Assembly (NCBI GenBank): GCA_032718475.1
Contig: JAUCBJ010004254.1
Coordinates: 1 to 64,000, forward strand
Source: Nemertoderma westbladi
Lineage: Eukaryota > Animalia > Xenacoelomorpha
DNA length: 64,000 nucleotides
Direction: 5' to 3'
Position 1 is the stretch's first letter. Each line of letters starts with the position of its first letter. Shown piece by piece: positions 11,326 through 23,173 of this stretch. Under the pieces are notes generated by a model. It had not been told where the DNA came from, made no database searches, and saw nothing but the letters and a program-made list of their open reading frames with translations. The translations under genes were made by a program, and so were the position numbers.

Positions 11326-13112
11326 CTGCTGCCAGTGCTGGTATGCCGATCATGCGTCAGCAGTAGGCAGAATAGTGGCTGTACAATGTTGGTGGACGAA
11401 GCTTCAGCAGATAGGTCCATCCATTGGCTATTCACCCGAGCCAACCAAAAGTCAGCTCGTCATAAAGCATGGAATGGAAGACGCCGCTCAAGAGTTGTTT
11501 GGCTCCGACGGAGTCAGCATTGTTTATGGCCATCGCTTTCTTGGTGGCTATGTTGGTGATGCGCCGGTAAGAAGAAATTCGTCTCTGAAAAGGTGATGGG
11601 CTGGACAAACTCGATAGAGGTTCTTTCGAACGTTGCCACACAGTTTCCTCAGACTGCACACTTAGAAAGGAGTCGATGTTTGCAGGGTGAGTGGGACTAT
11701 GTCCTCCTTGTTTGTAACCAAGAAGAGGCCGAACTCATCCCTGTCCGGACAGCCATTGTCGACCTCTACTTACCAGCACTATTTGGGACTACTCCCGGAC
11801 CAACACTCGAGCCCCTTCTCCTTCTCCCAGTCCGTCAAGGCGGTGTGGGTATCCGGGATCCCATCACGCGATCTGGATCCGCCCACCTCACATCGATTTC
11901 CGGCACAGCGAAGGTAGTGGACGCTATTAAGACTGGATTCACGTTGCAGACCACGCTGCCTGCCTCAAGGCGGCCCTCACTGACTGCCGACAGGCACAAT
12001 ACATCACCTTCAAAGCCACCGTCGAGTCCTCCCTGGCTGCACTCCCTTCGGAACAGGGTCGAACTGTTAACCGGGCCTCACAGTATAAGACTGGTGGTTG
12101 GCTCTCGGCCCAACCATCACAAACAGACCACACCGACCTAGACCCGCAGTCATTCCATGATAACCTTGCCCTGCGGTATGGCCTCGCACCCCCTGACTGC
12201 TTCCCACTAACTGCGAGGGCTGTGGCGAGTCATTTGATACGGCACTCCCCCTCCCCCCCCCCCCCCCACCTCCCCACACAAACATACATGGTGTAATACT
12301 TAGAACTGGAAGGGAAGGCTATACAATTGCGGGTATGTTAGATAATTAACAATTAACATCATTTCATATAATTGCAATGCATTCCTATCACCCATTGCAA
12401 CAAGCTTATGCTATAATAACATTATAAGGTTTTATTCTTGTCATGGCGAAAACGAGCTGCGATAACTATATAATTGGATGTAATTGCAATGCAACTCAAT
12501 CCACGGTACCGTAACTACAGTAACAGTAACAGTATAGGGTTCTACTGCACCTGCACATTTAAACGTGGTCCAATCTCATTGGATAACGTGTTTATGGATA
12601 ACAAACCCACGTTGTGTTGGTATGAGGCCGCATTCTATTGGAGCAACCGTTTTAGTTTCAGAGGTGATGGCGTTAAATAATGTTGCATCATCATTTCGTT
12701 AGGATGCATTGACACAGACTATACAACACAACACATCTACAGTTCCCGACCAGCTATGGAAATTACATTTGATCTCTTTACCAAATTCAGTTTCTTTTTA
12801 AAAATGTTCAGTAATGTCAATATGAGTGGGACACGGCACTTTGGCATTTGTTCTAGAACAAATGCGATTACCAATCGCATTCTATGAATCAGTGTGTCAG
12901 GTTATGAATCTCACCACCAAGTTACGATTTTTAATTACAAATCTGAACATCGGTTTACGAATTCGTATTTAATTTTACGAATTGGAGTTTGGAGAATCGG
13001 GGGGCTGGTCATTAGTCATCACAATGAGATCCGGGACGTCTTCGGTGACCTACTGGTGGGGGCCTTTGGTTCAAACAATGTCGAAAGGGAGGTCCCCTGT
13101 CTGGAGGTCACC

Positions 13113-14165
13113 TGGACTCCCAGGGGCATGTGGTTGAGGGGGTGAGGGCTGATCTGGTCTCACGGGGTGTTTGGGCAAACCAGGCTGTGGCGTCTTTCGA
13201 CGTCTTGATTATAAATATTCATGCCACTTCCTACATTCTCTCCAACAGCTCCGCTGAGACTTTACTCGCCCAGAGGGAGCAGGTCAAACGCATCCACTAC
13301 CAGGAGGCCTGCAACACACGCAGGATGCACTTCACACCGCTCGTGTGTTCCACTGATGGAGTGTGGGGTGCGGAGGCGGCGGTCTTCATCCGGCACCTTG
13401 CTGAGACTCTGCAGTCTAAGCAGGTCGGGAAGAGGCAGCGTGGGTTGGAGGTGGTGCTTGGTGTGGTGAGGACGGCTGCAGTTCGGTCTCCTTTGGGCGA
13501 CCTCTCTGTGCCTGAGGGGTGGGAGGGGGCCTTGGCGTGATCTCGGGTTTGCGGATGGGGCGGGGATCCGGGGGATAGACCAGGACATGTACTAGGGGGG
13601 TGGGGGGGGGGGGGGGGGGGGTGGGGTTTGCTATTGTCTCCCGGTTTGCTGGACTCTCAGGGGCATGTGGTCGAGGGGGTGAGGGCTGATCTGGTCTCAT
13701 GGGGTGTTTGGGCAAACCAGGTTGTGGCGTCTTTCGACGTCTTGATTATAAATATTCATGCCACTTCCTACATTCGCTCCAACAGCTCCGCTGAGACTTT
13801 ACTCGCCCAGAGGGAGCAGGTCAAACGCATCCACTACCAGGAGGCCTGCAAAACACGCAGGATGCACTTCACACCGCTCGTGTGTTCCACTGATGGAGTG
13901 TGGGGTGCGGAGGCGGCGGTCTTCATCCGGCACCTTGCTGAGACTCTGCAGTCTAAGCAGGTCGGGAAGAGGCAGCGTGGGTTGGAGGTGGTGCTTGGTG
14001 TGGTGAGGACGGCTGCAGTTCGGTCTCCTTCGGGCGACCTCTCTGTGCCTGAGGGGTGGGAGGAGGCCTTGGCGTGATGTCGGGTTTGGGGATGGGGGCG
14101 GGGATCCGGGGGATAGACCAGGACATGTACTAGGGGGGGGGGGGGGGGGGGGGGGGTGCTATTGT
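13113..14165 (+). repeat. 537-bp tandem duplication of the CRE endonuclease/3' end, each unit followed by poly(G)
   Basis: ORFs 13221 and 13758 are near-identical and 537 bp apart; G-runs at ~13594-13626 and ~14133-14156. Confidence 0.9.
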
Positions 14166-15108
14166 TGTCGTTCTTCGGGGGGAATGGGCAAGACTATTAC
14201 TTAATATTGTATATGTATAACCCGGTTTACTTATTGGCAGTTACCGGTTGAGTTTGCTGAACTGTAGTTTTAAACGCTCAATTAATGTTAAAAAAAAAAT
14301 GTTAACTTAAAAAATAACAAGGCTATTCATAAATAAACAAAATGTTCTAGAATATGGTATTTTTATTTAATAGAATAAAATAGCCTTATGCAGATGCAAA
14401 ACCATGCAACATTTCAACGCTCAAATCTCAGATATTTCCCAACCAAATTCAGATTATGTTACATTTATGGAATCCTTACATGGTCAACTTTCCATCAGTA
14501 CCAACAAATAACTATAAGGTTGAATAATAACTGGAGAGTAACTGGTGAAATATCACCGGGGACACCTTTTTTAAACGCTTGTAGCTAAAGATTGAACGCA
14601 AAAATAAAAATTCTGGCTCACCCACGGAGGAGAAGGGAGGTGAAACTATCTCTGTTTCAAATTTCATGCAATCTCATTAAGATTTGTAGAAATTTTTTTT
14701 TTTTTTGGGGGGGGGGCATGTACCTGAATAACGACACTATGTTCCAGGACATGGTGTATATTTGGTGTCTTCAGCAGTTAGAGCGCTTCATGGACTCCCA
14801 TATAGGGGAGTATTGGTTCTACTCAATACTTTTTAGGGTATTTTTAAGATTAATATTTGAAATTTCTACAGCTTTTAGTCTGATTAGAGCCCGCGCCACA
14901 AACACTATTAACAAACAACTATTGTGTAAGCAGATCAAGCGCCGTATCCACTCGGACACTGCGACACTATATACTATATATTTAACAGGGAAATTAGTTC
15001 AAAAGTAAAAAGTCATGTAATCATCGATAGTTTAGCCAGGGAGAAAAATATGTCGAAATATTGTGAGATGTGACGTTTACGTTATTATTATCATGTACAT
15101 GATGTTCT

Positions 15109-15719
15109 GTGGGGCGAGACACGTAGTCGGCGAGCTTTGGCATACGGTTCATATAGGGCAAATGGGGCATGACCGTCTGTCCGTCCGTCCGTCTGTCTGG
15201 TAAATGTTTGAACACGAATTTCTCGGCATGGCTGCGGTTCGGGATTGAACCAAACTTAGTAGGTACGTAGTAGAGGGAAAGTTTAGAAAGTTTGTAAAGT
15301 TTGGTGAAAAATCATGCAGTCTGACGTCAGCTACGACAGATTATGTGGTTTTTAGAAAATGTTAAATTTCTCGGGAACGCCTCATTTTCCTGAGCTGAAA
15401 TTTTGGTGGCCTGTAGAGAATCATGAAGTCTATCTTTTACGAAATTGAAAAGTTAAGACATTTAATTGGGGATCCGCTAGAGACTCAGAAGTAATGACAT
15501 AGGCCTACCGGTACGGTACTGAGCTGTACTGTGCTGCACTGGTAAGTACGAAATTGCGGAATAACAATTTGACACCACCTAGCGGATTAACATATGATTG
15601 TATATCGAATCGAATACATTTATAGCATGGGATATGGGGTCCAAACTAGACATGCCCCATTTGCTCTATATGAACCGTATGCCAAGGCTTGCCGACTACG
15701 TGCTGCACGAAGTCCCCAC
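15109..15719. mobile_element. Helentron-associated (HINE/DINE-1-like) non-autonomous element
   Basis: ~60-bp inverted repeats (acgtagtcggc...catacggttcatatag..caaatggggcatg), immediately followed by a (GTCC/GTCT)n microsatellite and a core with aaactt.gt / gaaattttggt motifs. Confidence 0.6.
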
Positions 15720-16481
15720 GAACGTGTATAATACGTCCAAGAAAGAGCGCTCTTACAAAACCGATTGTGCGTGATGTAAAGTGCAGCACAAGCAGCATAT
15801 AAAGTAGAGTTATTAGGGAAAGAGAGAAATGCCATATAATAATCCGCGCTAATATAATAATAGCATGTTAAATCTCAATATTACTGAGTTTATATTTTAT
15901 CATATAATTCACATAAATCTAGCTGTTTAGGTACCAGAAATGTAGTTGTTATTGTTGATAAACCTTATTAAAATAAATGCAATCCGTCTCCAGAGTTGTA
16001 CTGAAAGGGAACGTAACAATGGTGGCAGTAACTACATGCTAGCTAACGTTTATTACGACCAGATGTGACTCATTCGAACAATAATGGTCGCTTGTATATA
16101 TCGATCTAATTTCTACACAATTTTACTCTCGTCGTTGGTAGAATGGGAACAGTCTGTGAGTCGTAAACCAAATAATTTGTTTATTGCTTTGCGGTTCTCA
16201 TAAATGTATTGTCATATTTATTTATAACTCTTTCTGAGATTTAACATTTCTAATGACTCATCATGACAATGCACATCAATTATTTTATTTTTTGAACCAT
16301 TTTATTCAGAAATTTAAATGTTATTCATAATTAATATTTTACCACACCACTTCAATATTAAAATTGATATTTAATACAATTATTCGTATTTTCTCTATTG
16401 TAATAAATATAATACAATAATATATTAAATTACAGTAAACTTGATTACATCTGCAGAATGTATCTCTAATAATACGTGAGT

Positions 16482-19400
16482 TAAGTTCAATAGGTTGACT
16501 TCAATAGGTTGAGTACAGTAGGTTGAGTTCAGTAGGTTGAGTCCAAGAGGTTGAGTTCAATTGGGTTCATTGGGTTGAGTTCAATAGGTTGAGTTCAATA
16601 GGTTGAGTTCAATAGGTTGAGTTCAATAGGTTGAGTTCATTGGGTTGAGTTCATTGGGTTGAGTTCAAAAGGTTGAGTTCAATAGGTTGAGTTCATTGGG
16701 TTGAGTTCAAAAGGTTGAGTTCAATAGGTTGAGTACATTGGGTTGAGTTCAATAGGTTGAGTTCAATAGGTTGAGTTCAATAGGTTGAGTTCATTGGGTT
16801 GAGTTCAAAATGTTGAGTTCTTGGGGTTGAGTTCATTGGGTTGAGTTCAATAGGTTGAGTTCAATAGGTTGAGTTCATTGGGTTGAGTTCATTGGGTTGA
16901 GTTCAATAGGTTGAGTTCATTGGGTTGAGTTCATTGGGTTGAGTTCAAAAGGTTGACTTCATGGGGTTGAGTTCATTGGGTTGAGTTCAATAGGTTGAGT
17001 TCATTGGGTTGAGTTCAATAGGTTGAGTTCATTGGGTTGAGTTCAAAAGGTTGACTTCATGGGGTTGAGTTCATTGGGTTGAGTTCAATAGGTTGAGTTC
17101 ATTGGGTTGAGTTCAATAGGTTGAGTTCAATAGGTTGAGTTCATTGGGTTGAGTTCAAAATGTTGAGTTCTTGGGGTTGAGTTCATTGGGTTGAGTTCAA
17201 TAGGTTGAGTTCAATAGGTTGAGTTCATTGGGTTGAGTTCATTGGGTTGAGTTCAATAGGTTGAGTTCAATAGGTTGAGTTCAATAGGTTGAGTTCAATA
17301 GGTTGAGTTCAATAGGTTGAGTTCATTGGGTTGAGTTCATTGGGTTGAGTTCAAAAGGTTGACTTCATGGGGTTGAGTTCATTGGGTTTAGTTCAATAGG
17401 TTGAGTTCAATAGGTTGAGTTCATTGGGTTGAGTTCAATAGGTTGAGTTCAATAGGTTGAGTTCATTGGGTTGAGTTCAAAATGTTGACTTCATGGGGTT
17501 GAGTTCAATAGGTTGACTTCATGGGGTTGAGTTCATTGGGTTGAGTTCATTAGGTTGAGTTCATTGGGTTGAGTTCAAAAGGTTGACTTCATGGGGTTGA
17601 GTTCATTGGGTTGAGTTCAATAGGTTGAGTTCATTGGGTTGAGTTCAATAGGTTGAGTTCAATAGGTTGAGTTCATTGGGTTGAGTTCAAAATGTTGAGT
17701 TCTTGGGGTTGAGTTCATTGGGTTGAGTTCAATAGGTTGAGTTCAATAGGTTGAGTTCATTGGGTTGAGTTCATTGGGTTGAGTTCAATAGGTTGAGTTC
17801 AATAGGTTGAGTTCAATAGGTTGAGTTCAATAGGTTGAGTTCAATAGGTTGAGTTCATTGGGTTGAGTTCATTGGGTTGAGTTCAAAAGGTTGACTTCAT
17901 GGGGTTGAGTTCATTGGGTTTAGTTCAATAGGTTGAGTTCAATAGGTTGAGTTCATTGGGTTGAGTTCAATAGGTTGAGTTCAATAGGTTGAGTTCATTG
18001 GGTTGAGTTCAAAATGTTGAGTTCTTGGGGTTGTGTTCATTGGGTTGAGTTCAATAGGTTGAGTTCAATAGGTTGAGTTCATTGGGTTGAGTTCAAAATG
18101 TTGAGTTCTTGGGGTTGAGTTCATTGGGTTGAGTTCAATAGGTTGAGTTCAATAGGTTGAGTTCATTGGGTTGAGTTCATTGGGTTGAGTTCAATAGGTT
18201 GAGTTCAATAGGTTGAGTTCAATAGGTTGAGTTCAATAGGTTGAGTTCAATAGGTTGAGTTCATTGGGTTGAGTTCATTGGGTTGAGTTCAAAAGGTTGA
18301 CTTCATGGGGTTGAGTTCATTGGGTTTAGTTCAATAGGTTGAGTTCAATAGGTTGAGTTCATTGGGTTGAGTTCAATAGGTTGAGTTCAATAGGTTGAGT
18401 TCATTGGGTTGAGTTCAAAATGTTGAGTTCTTGGGGTTGAGTTCATTGGGTTGAGTTCAATAGGTTGAGTTCAATAGGTTGAGTTCATTGGGTTGAGTTC
18501 ATTGGGTTGAGTTCAATAGGTTGAGTTCATTGGATTGAGTTCAAAAGGTTGAGTTCATTGGGTTGAGTTCATTGGGTTGAGTTCATTGGGTTGAGTTCAA
18601 AAGGTTGACTTCATGGGGTTGAGTTCAATAGGTTGACTTCATGGGGTTGAGTTCATGGGGTTGAGTTCAATAGGTTGAGTTCATTGGGTTGAGTTCAAAA
18701 GGTTGACTTCATGGGGTTGAGTTCATTGGGTTGAGTTCAATAGGTTGAGTTCATTGGGTTGAGTTCAATAGGTTGAGTTCAATAGGTTGAGTTCATTGGG
18801 TTGAGTTCAAAATGTTTAGTTCTTGGGGTTGAGTTCATTGGGTTGAGTTCAATAGGTTGAGTTCAATAGGTTGAGTTCATTGGGTTGAGTTCATTGGGTT
18901 GAGTTCAATAGGTTGAGTTCAATAGGTTGAGTTCAATAGGTTGAGTTCAATAGGTTGAGTTCATTGGGTTGAGTTCATTGGGTTGAGTTCAAAAGGTTGA
19001 CTTCATGGGGTTGAGTTCATTGGGTTGAGTTCAATAGGTTGAGTTCAATAGGTTGAGTTCATTGGGTTGAGTTCAATAGGTTGAGTTCAATAGGTTGAGT
19101 TCATTGGGTTGAGTTCAAAATGTTGAGTTCTTGGGGTTGAGTTCATTGGGTTGAGTTCAATAGGTTGAGTTCAATAGGTTGAGTTCATTGGGTTGAGTTC
19201 ATTGGGTTGAGTTCAATAGGTTGAGTTCATTGGGTTGAGTTCAAAAGGTTGAGTTCATTGGGTTGAGTTCATTGGGTTGAGTTCAATAGGTTGAGTTCAA
19301 TAGGTTGAGTCCAATAGGTTGAGTTCATTGGGTTGAGTTCATTGGGTTGAGTTCAAAAGGTTGAGTTCATTGGGTTGAGTTCAATAGGGTTGAAATCAGT

Positions 19401-19550
19401 GAGTTGAAATCAGTGTGTTGAGATCAATAGGTTGAGTTCAATGGGTTGAGTTCTGTGGATTGAGTTCAATGGGTTTTAATCAGTGAGTGGAAATCAGTTG
19501 ATTGAATTCAACGGGTTGAGTTCATTGGGTTGAAATCAGTGGTTTGAGTT
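16482..19550 (+). repeat. 14-bp satellite GGTTGAGTTC(AATA/ATTG/AAAA/ATGG/TTGG), ~3 kb, roughly 215-220 units
   Basis: Direct reading: strict 14-bp phase, degenerate at both edges. Confidence 0.97.
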
Positions 19551-19762
19551 AAGGACGTTTCTTTTAGTTTTATTTCTATAGTAATTGAGTTTATTGTATA
19601 TTTTTGAGGGAGTAGAGTAGGTAGTGTCTACTAGAGGTTCGAGTATCATAATAAGCGAGTAATTAAAACAATTAAAACAAATTAAAAATCAATATAATTA
19701 CTAAATATAACCCAAAGATAATGAAATTAATGAACCTCCTTGAGCAGCCCTAGCGGAGGAGC

Positions 19763-20638
19763 ATGAGATCCTCGAGTGTGGACCGTCGGTATATGGGTGC
19801 CGGTAGGGAACCTCGCTACTGGCAGACTGCTGAGTACCACAGAGACCGCAATGAACCCAGGAGCTCCAGTCTGGACAGCCAGACTGCCGCGTCCCGTAGC
19901 GACACGGTACCGGTACTGCAACCTCCGAGACGGTACCAGTCATCCACCGAGAGTCGGACCTCCCGGAGTGTCCGAGTTCGCTCCCCCCGGACGGAATCCG
20001 TCGCCAATAATCCTTCCTTCAGACCCTCCAGTCCCGTGATTCTCCTAAACCATGGCAACAACAACCAACCCGAAACCATTTTATCCAACGGTACGCAACT
20101 AACCATTATTCGATCACCTGTAGTTAAAAACATAGTTAGCAGGAAAATTCAGACAACCACTGCAAAACACACAATACCAATATCAAAGATTACAGATGCG
20201 ACAATAGACTCTCTGAAACATAATAACGGCGTGGCATTTAGTTCTCTTAACTGCGCAATAAACCAGCCACCGAAGTTGCAGATTCAGTTACCACCTGGAG
20301 TCAAACCGAAAGTAAATGTAGAACAGAAAATATATTTGAAAAACTTAGGAAACAATCCGAATTTCTCATCGAATAACGAATTTCTGAAAGTCAACTTGTC
20401 ACAAAGGAAAACAAACTATTCGAATGATCAAGACTTTAAATCCATTCATAGCAACAATAAGATTAACCATGGATCTACGTGTAATGATAACTCTGATCGA
20501 AGAAAAGATAAACGTAATCACTCGGATATGGACGATGTTGTTAAATTAGGTTTATTAATAAGCTTTGTAGTCGCTGTTATATTTCATTTTGAACTTTTCA
20601 AGAGTTTTGCCTGCATGGTGTTCAAGTTGTTCTTTTAA
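19763..20638 (+). CDS. Orphan 291-aa single-exon ORF, low-complexity Ser/Arg/Asn-rich with a C-terminal hydrophobic segment
   Basis: ATG-to-TAA open frame of 876 bp in AT-rich surroundings; TATAA-like sequence near 19706; C-terminal LGLLISFVVAVIFHFELF; no recognisable domain. Confidence 0.45.
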   Translation: MRSSSVDRRYMGAGREPRYWQTAEYHRDRNEPRSSSLDSQTAASRSDTVPVLQPPRRYQSSTESRTSRSVRVRSPRTESVANNPSFRPSSPVILLNHGNNNQPETILSNGTQLTIIRSPVVKNIVSRKIQTTTAKHTIPISKITDATIDSLKHNNGVAFSSLNCAINQPPKLQIQLPPGVKPKVNVEQKIYLKNLGNNPNFSSNNEFLKVNLSQRKTNYSNDQDFKSIHSNNKINHGSTCNDNSDRRKDKRNHSDMDDVVKLGLLISFVVAVIFHFELFKSFACMVFKLFF

Positions 20639-21002
20639 TTTTATATTGAATGTATTGAATACCTATAGGCTTCTGTCATTATTGTCCATCTCTTAGTGGT
20701 TGTTTTGATCTGTTGGTAAAAATTTTATTACAAATGAGTTGATAGTTATTAATAATTACTTTATATATATTGTATTGCATCATGTTTTGTAATATATGGG
20801 AATGCTTTCTGATACCAGGTTTTTAAAGGCTACCAATTAAAGTCATACAAAAATTGATAAAAATTTCACAAAAAAATTATACTACACTAATTTAACCCTT
20901 TAAACCCGGCGTGGGGTCAATATGACCCCCTCCCCGTGGTGTTTTTGATATAACTCTGAAACAAACGTAGTGGGGAATCTGAAATTTTCTGACTTTTCCT
21001 AA

Positions 21003-23173
21003 CATGAATTCCACGAAAATGTCAACCAAGGAACAAAAAAAGTAACTTTCTCTAATCCAATTCTTTTTCCCATTGGTCGAAACTGTAAACATTTAGGTTC
21101 TCAAAAATGGTTATATTACAGAAATTGTTTCATTGGGTGAATTTTTATAGCCTCTGAAACATTTGGCAAAATATTTCAAAATTTGCTACTTTCTATTTTA
21201 GATTATTTGGGAAGTTTATGTGTCTTTTTTCTCTTAATAATCACATGTCTAGGTCAATAGAACAGTAAAACATTTCTCTTTGGCCTTCCTACTCACGATT
21301 ACAAAGGTCACTTCATCTAATATCTTGTGATTTCTATATTTTTTTAAATTTCAAAAAAATAGATCCACCCTTGCGAATTTTGTAATTACGTTACGAAAAT
21401 GTTCTATTTTTCTTGGTATTACAAGTTCTACTACCATCAGATATTTAATGTTCAATAATATCTGCATTGGTTACCAGAGCTACCATTTCACCAAGCAGTG
21501 GAATATCTGCAACGTCACAGAAGGCTACAAACAGTGTAACGGAATTACATATTTTGGTAACGGAATTACACTGTGTAACGGAATTACTTATCCCATTGAT
21601 TAGTTATTTGAATATTGCGGGTTATTTAAATACAGACGGGGCCCTTGGATGTTCTGCATCACTACTGCATTAAGGTTAGACGTTGACATTAGGTCTTGCG
21701 AATTAGGTCCAGCGACCTTAGGTCCAATAGATGATAGGTCATGACGTGATGTTATGTTCAGACATTAGGCCCTGCGACGTTAGGTCCTGGTTCTGTAAAT
21801 ATCTAATGTCTCAAAGATATTTGGTTGAAAGATATTTCATGTAAAGTCTGACGAGATGTAATGGTAGGACTACGGTCAGCAGATAAAAAATCATCACTCT
21901 CCAGGGGAAATTGGACGCAAATAACAGTTGATTACTCTCAAAATTAAAACTGTAACCTGTTCTATTGTGTTAAGTTTATTGTTTTGGTAAAATAACGTTC
22001 CACTGTAACCTGCTCCTTTCCCTAAATTGAGAATTTAACATTGAGGCGGGATATTGATTGTGATTCACCAAGGCGGGTTTTGCGTCGAGTTCCCCCCCCC
22101 CCCCCCCCTGTCTCACGGTCCGACGGTATCAGTAACGTATTGTATATATGTATACATGTATACATATATACACGTATATATGTATATGTACGTATTGTAT
22201 ATATATGTATTGTATATGGTAGAAACTTTTGCACTGTAATTCCGAGATGTTTATTTAAGTTTGGTTTAGTATTTTGGTTACACTCAACCTCAATTAGTTA
22301 ATCCAATTAAAACTTCCAAACTGCCATGCTCAGGCAATGGTACAAGACATTATAGACATCCTAACAAAACTACCACAGCCAATCAATATCGTTAGTTCTT
22401 GAGATTTTAGGGCAAGGAGCAGGTTACAGTGACTTGTTATTATAACCAAAACAATAAACAAGAGTCAATAACTAGCATGGGTTATTGCACTATATTTTTG
22501 CTAGTAATCAAGTATTCAGCTGTAATTGGATGGTTACTGGGAGTTGTATCTCAGTTTTCCTAGGTTGTGGCAGGTCTGTTAAGCTGTCTTCAATGATTTC
22601 ATGTAATGGTAGATGGGTAGGCCTATGGCAACCCTACACAGCTACATACAGCCCTAACCCGAAGTTAGGCTGCTATAATCGAAGAAATTTTGCTCAAATT
22701 CGTAAATTAAAAGTTTTACAGTTTTGCAGTGTAAATTAGGTTAAAAATTCACACCGTAATTCCGTGACGTTTAGTTTTGTAATTACCGTTACGATCAGAA
22801 ACCTTTGAAACTAGAAATTGTTAAATTTATTAATTATAATAGTTTAATGAAAGTGAGCAGCAAATATTAGGAAGTACTACAAGTAAGTTTTACAACTCAA
22901 ATTTGCATACAATTCGCAGCAATTCTTGTTTACAAAACACCAGTTTTTTATTATTCGTTTTGCCGTGTAATTACCGTGACGATTTTTTAAACAACAAATA
23001 TACAGTAATGAAATTAAATTTTGACTAATTTTTTCGATTTCCATAACTAAATATAGAATTGTCTTTCCCCTCACACCAGTCGCATTGAATATACTTTTGA
23101 GGAAGATACATTTCCACCCTTGTGATTCTGAAAATTACTTGCGAAATGTAATTCCGTTATCGTGGAATTCATG
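21003..23173. mobile_element. Nested non-autonomous DNA transposon with 14-bp TIR and CTAA target duplication
   Basis: CTAA|CATGAATTCCACGA ... TCGTGGAATTCATG|CTAA; the empty site is visible in the sister copy near 47245; subterminal GTAACGGAATTAC repeats. Confidence 0.75.
21975..22458. mobile_element. Small MITE-like inverted-repeat element with an internal poly(C) and TA-rich microsatellite
   Basis: ~50-bp imperfect inverted repeat (ttattgttttggt...cactgtaacctgctcctt.ccctaaa). Confidence 0.5.

Larger units (their letters stand above)
9142..14321 (+). mobile_element. CRE-clade (RLE) non-LTR retrotransposon, degenerate, apparently full length
   Basis: RT motifs GIEGAVH, VDAKNAFNS, QGDPLAM, WYADH(D); Cys/His knuckle CEGC...H; RLE motif RADL...FDV...KRIHY...FTPLV. 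Flanked by a 13-bp direct repeat GCTATTCATAAAT (9129-9141, 14322-14334). Confidence 0.82.
5905..14756. mobile_element. Tc1/mariner-type non-autonomous foldback element (~0.9 kb native, ~410-bp TIRs) hosting piggyBac and CRE insertions
   Basis: TA|CACCATG...CATGGTG|TA termini. 5905-6270 plus 9040-9072 is the diverged reverse complement of 14333-14756. Removing it rejoins the flanking RTE sequence at a TA. Confidence 0.75.

Noticed and set aside
14592-15008. Duplicated gene suggested by similar ORFs at 5665-6060 and 14592-15008
   Set aside because: Both are translations of the two inverted terminal repeats of one MITE.
16482-19550. CRISPR array, telomere or coding repeat
   Set aside because: There are no unique spacers, only 4-nt variants; the unit is 14 bp and interstitial, not TTAGGG-type; both strands hit stops as the frame rotates.
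22022-22301. Short Tyr/Ile/Val-rich ORFs
   Set aside because: They derive from a TA-rich microsatellite and poly(C).
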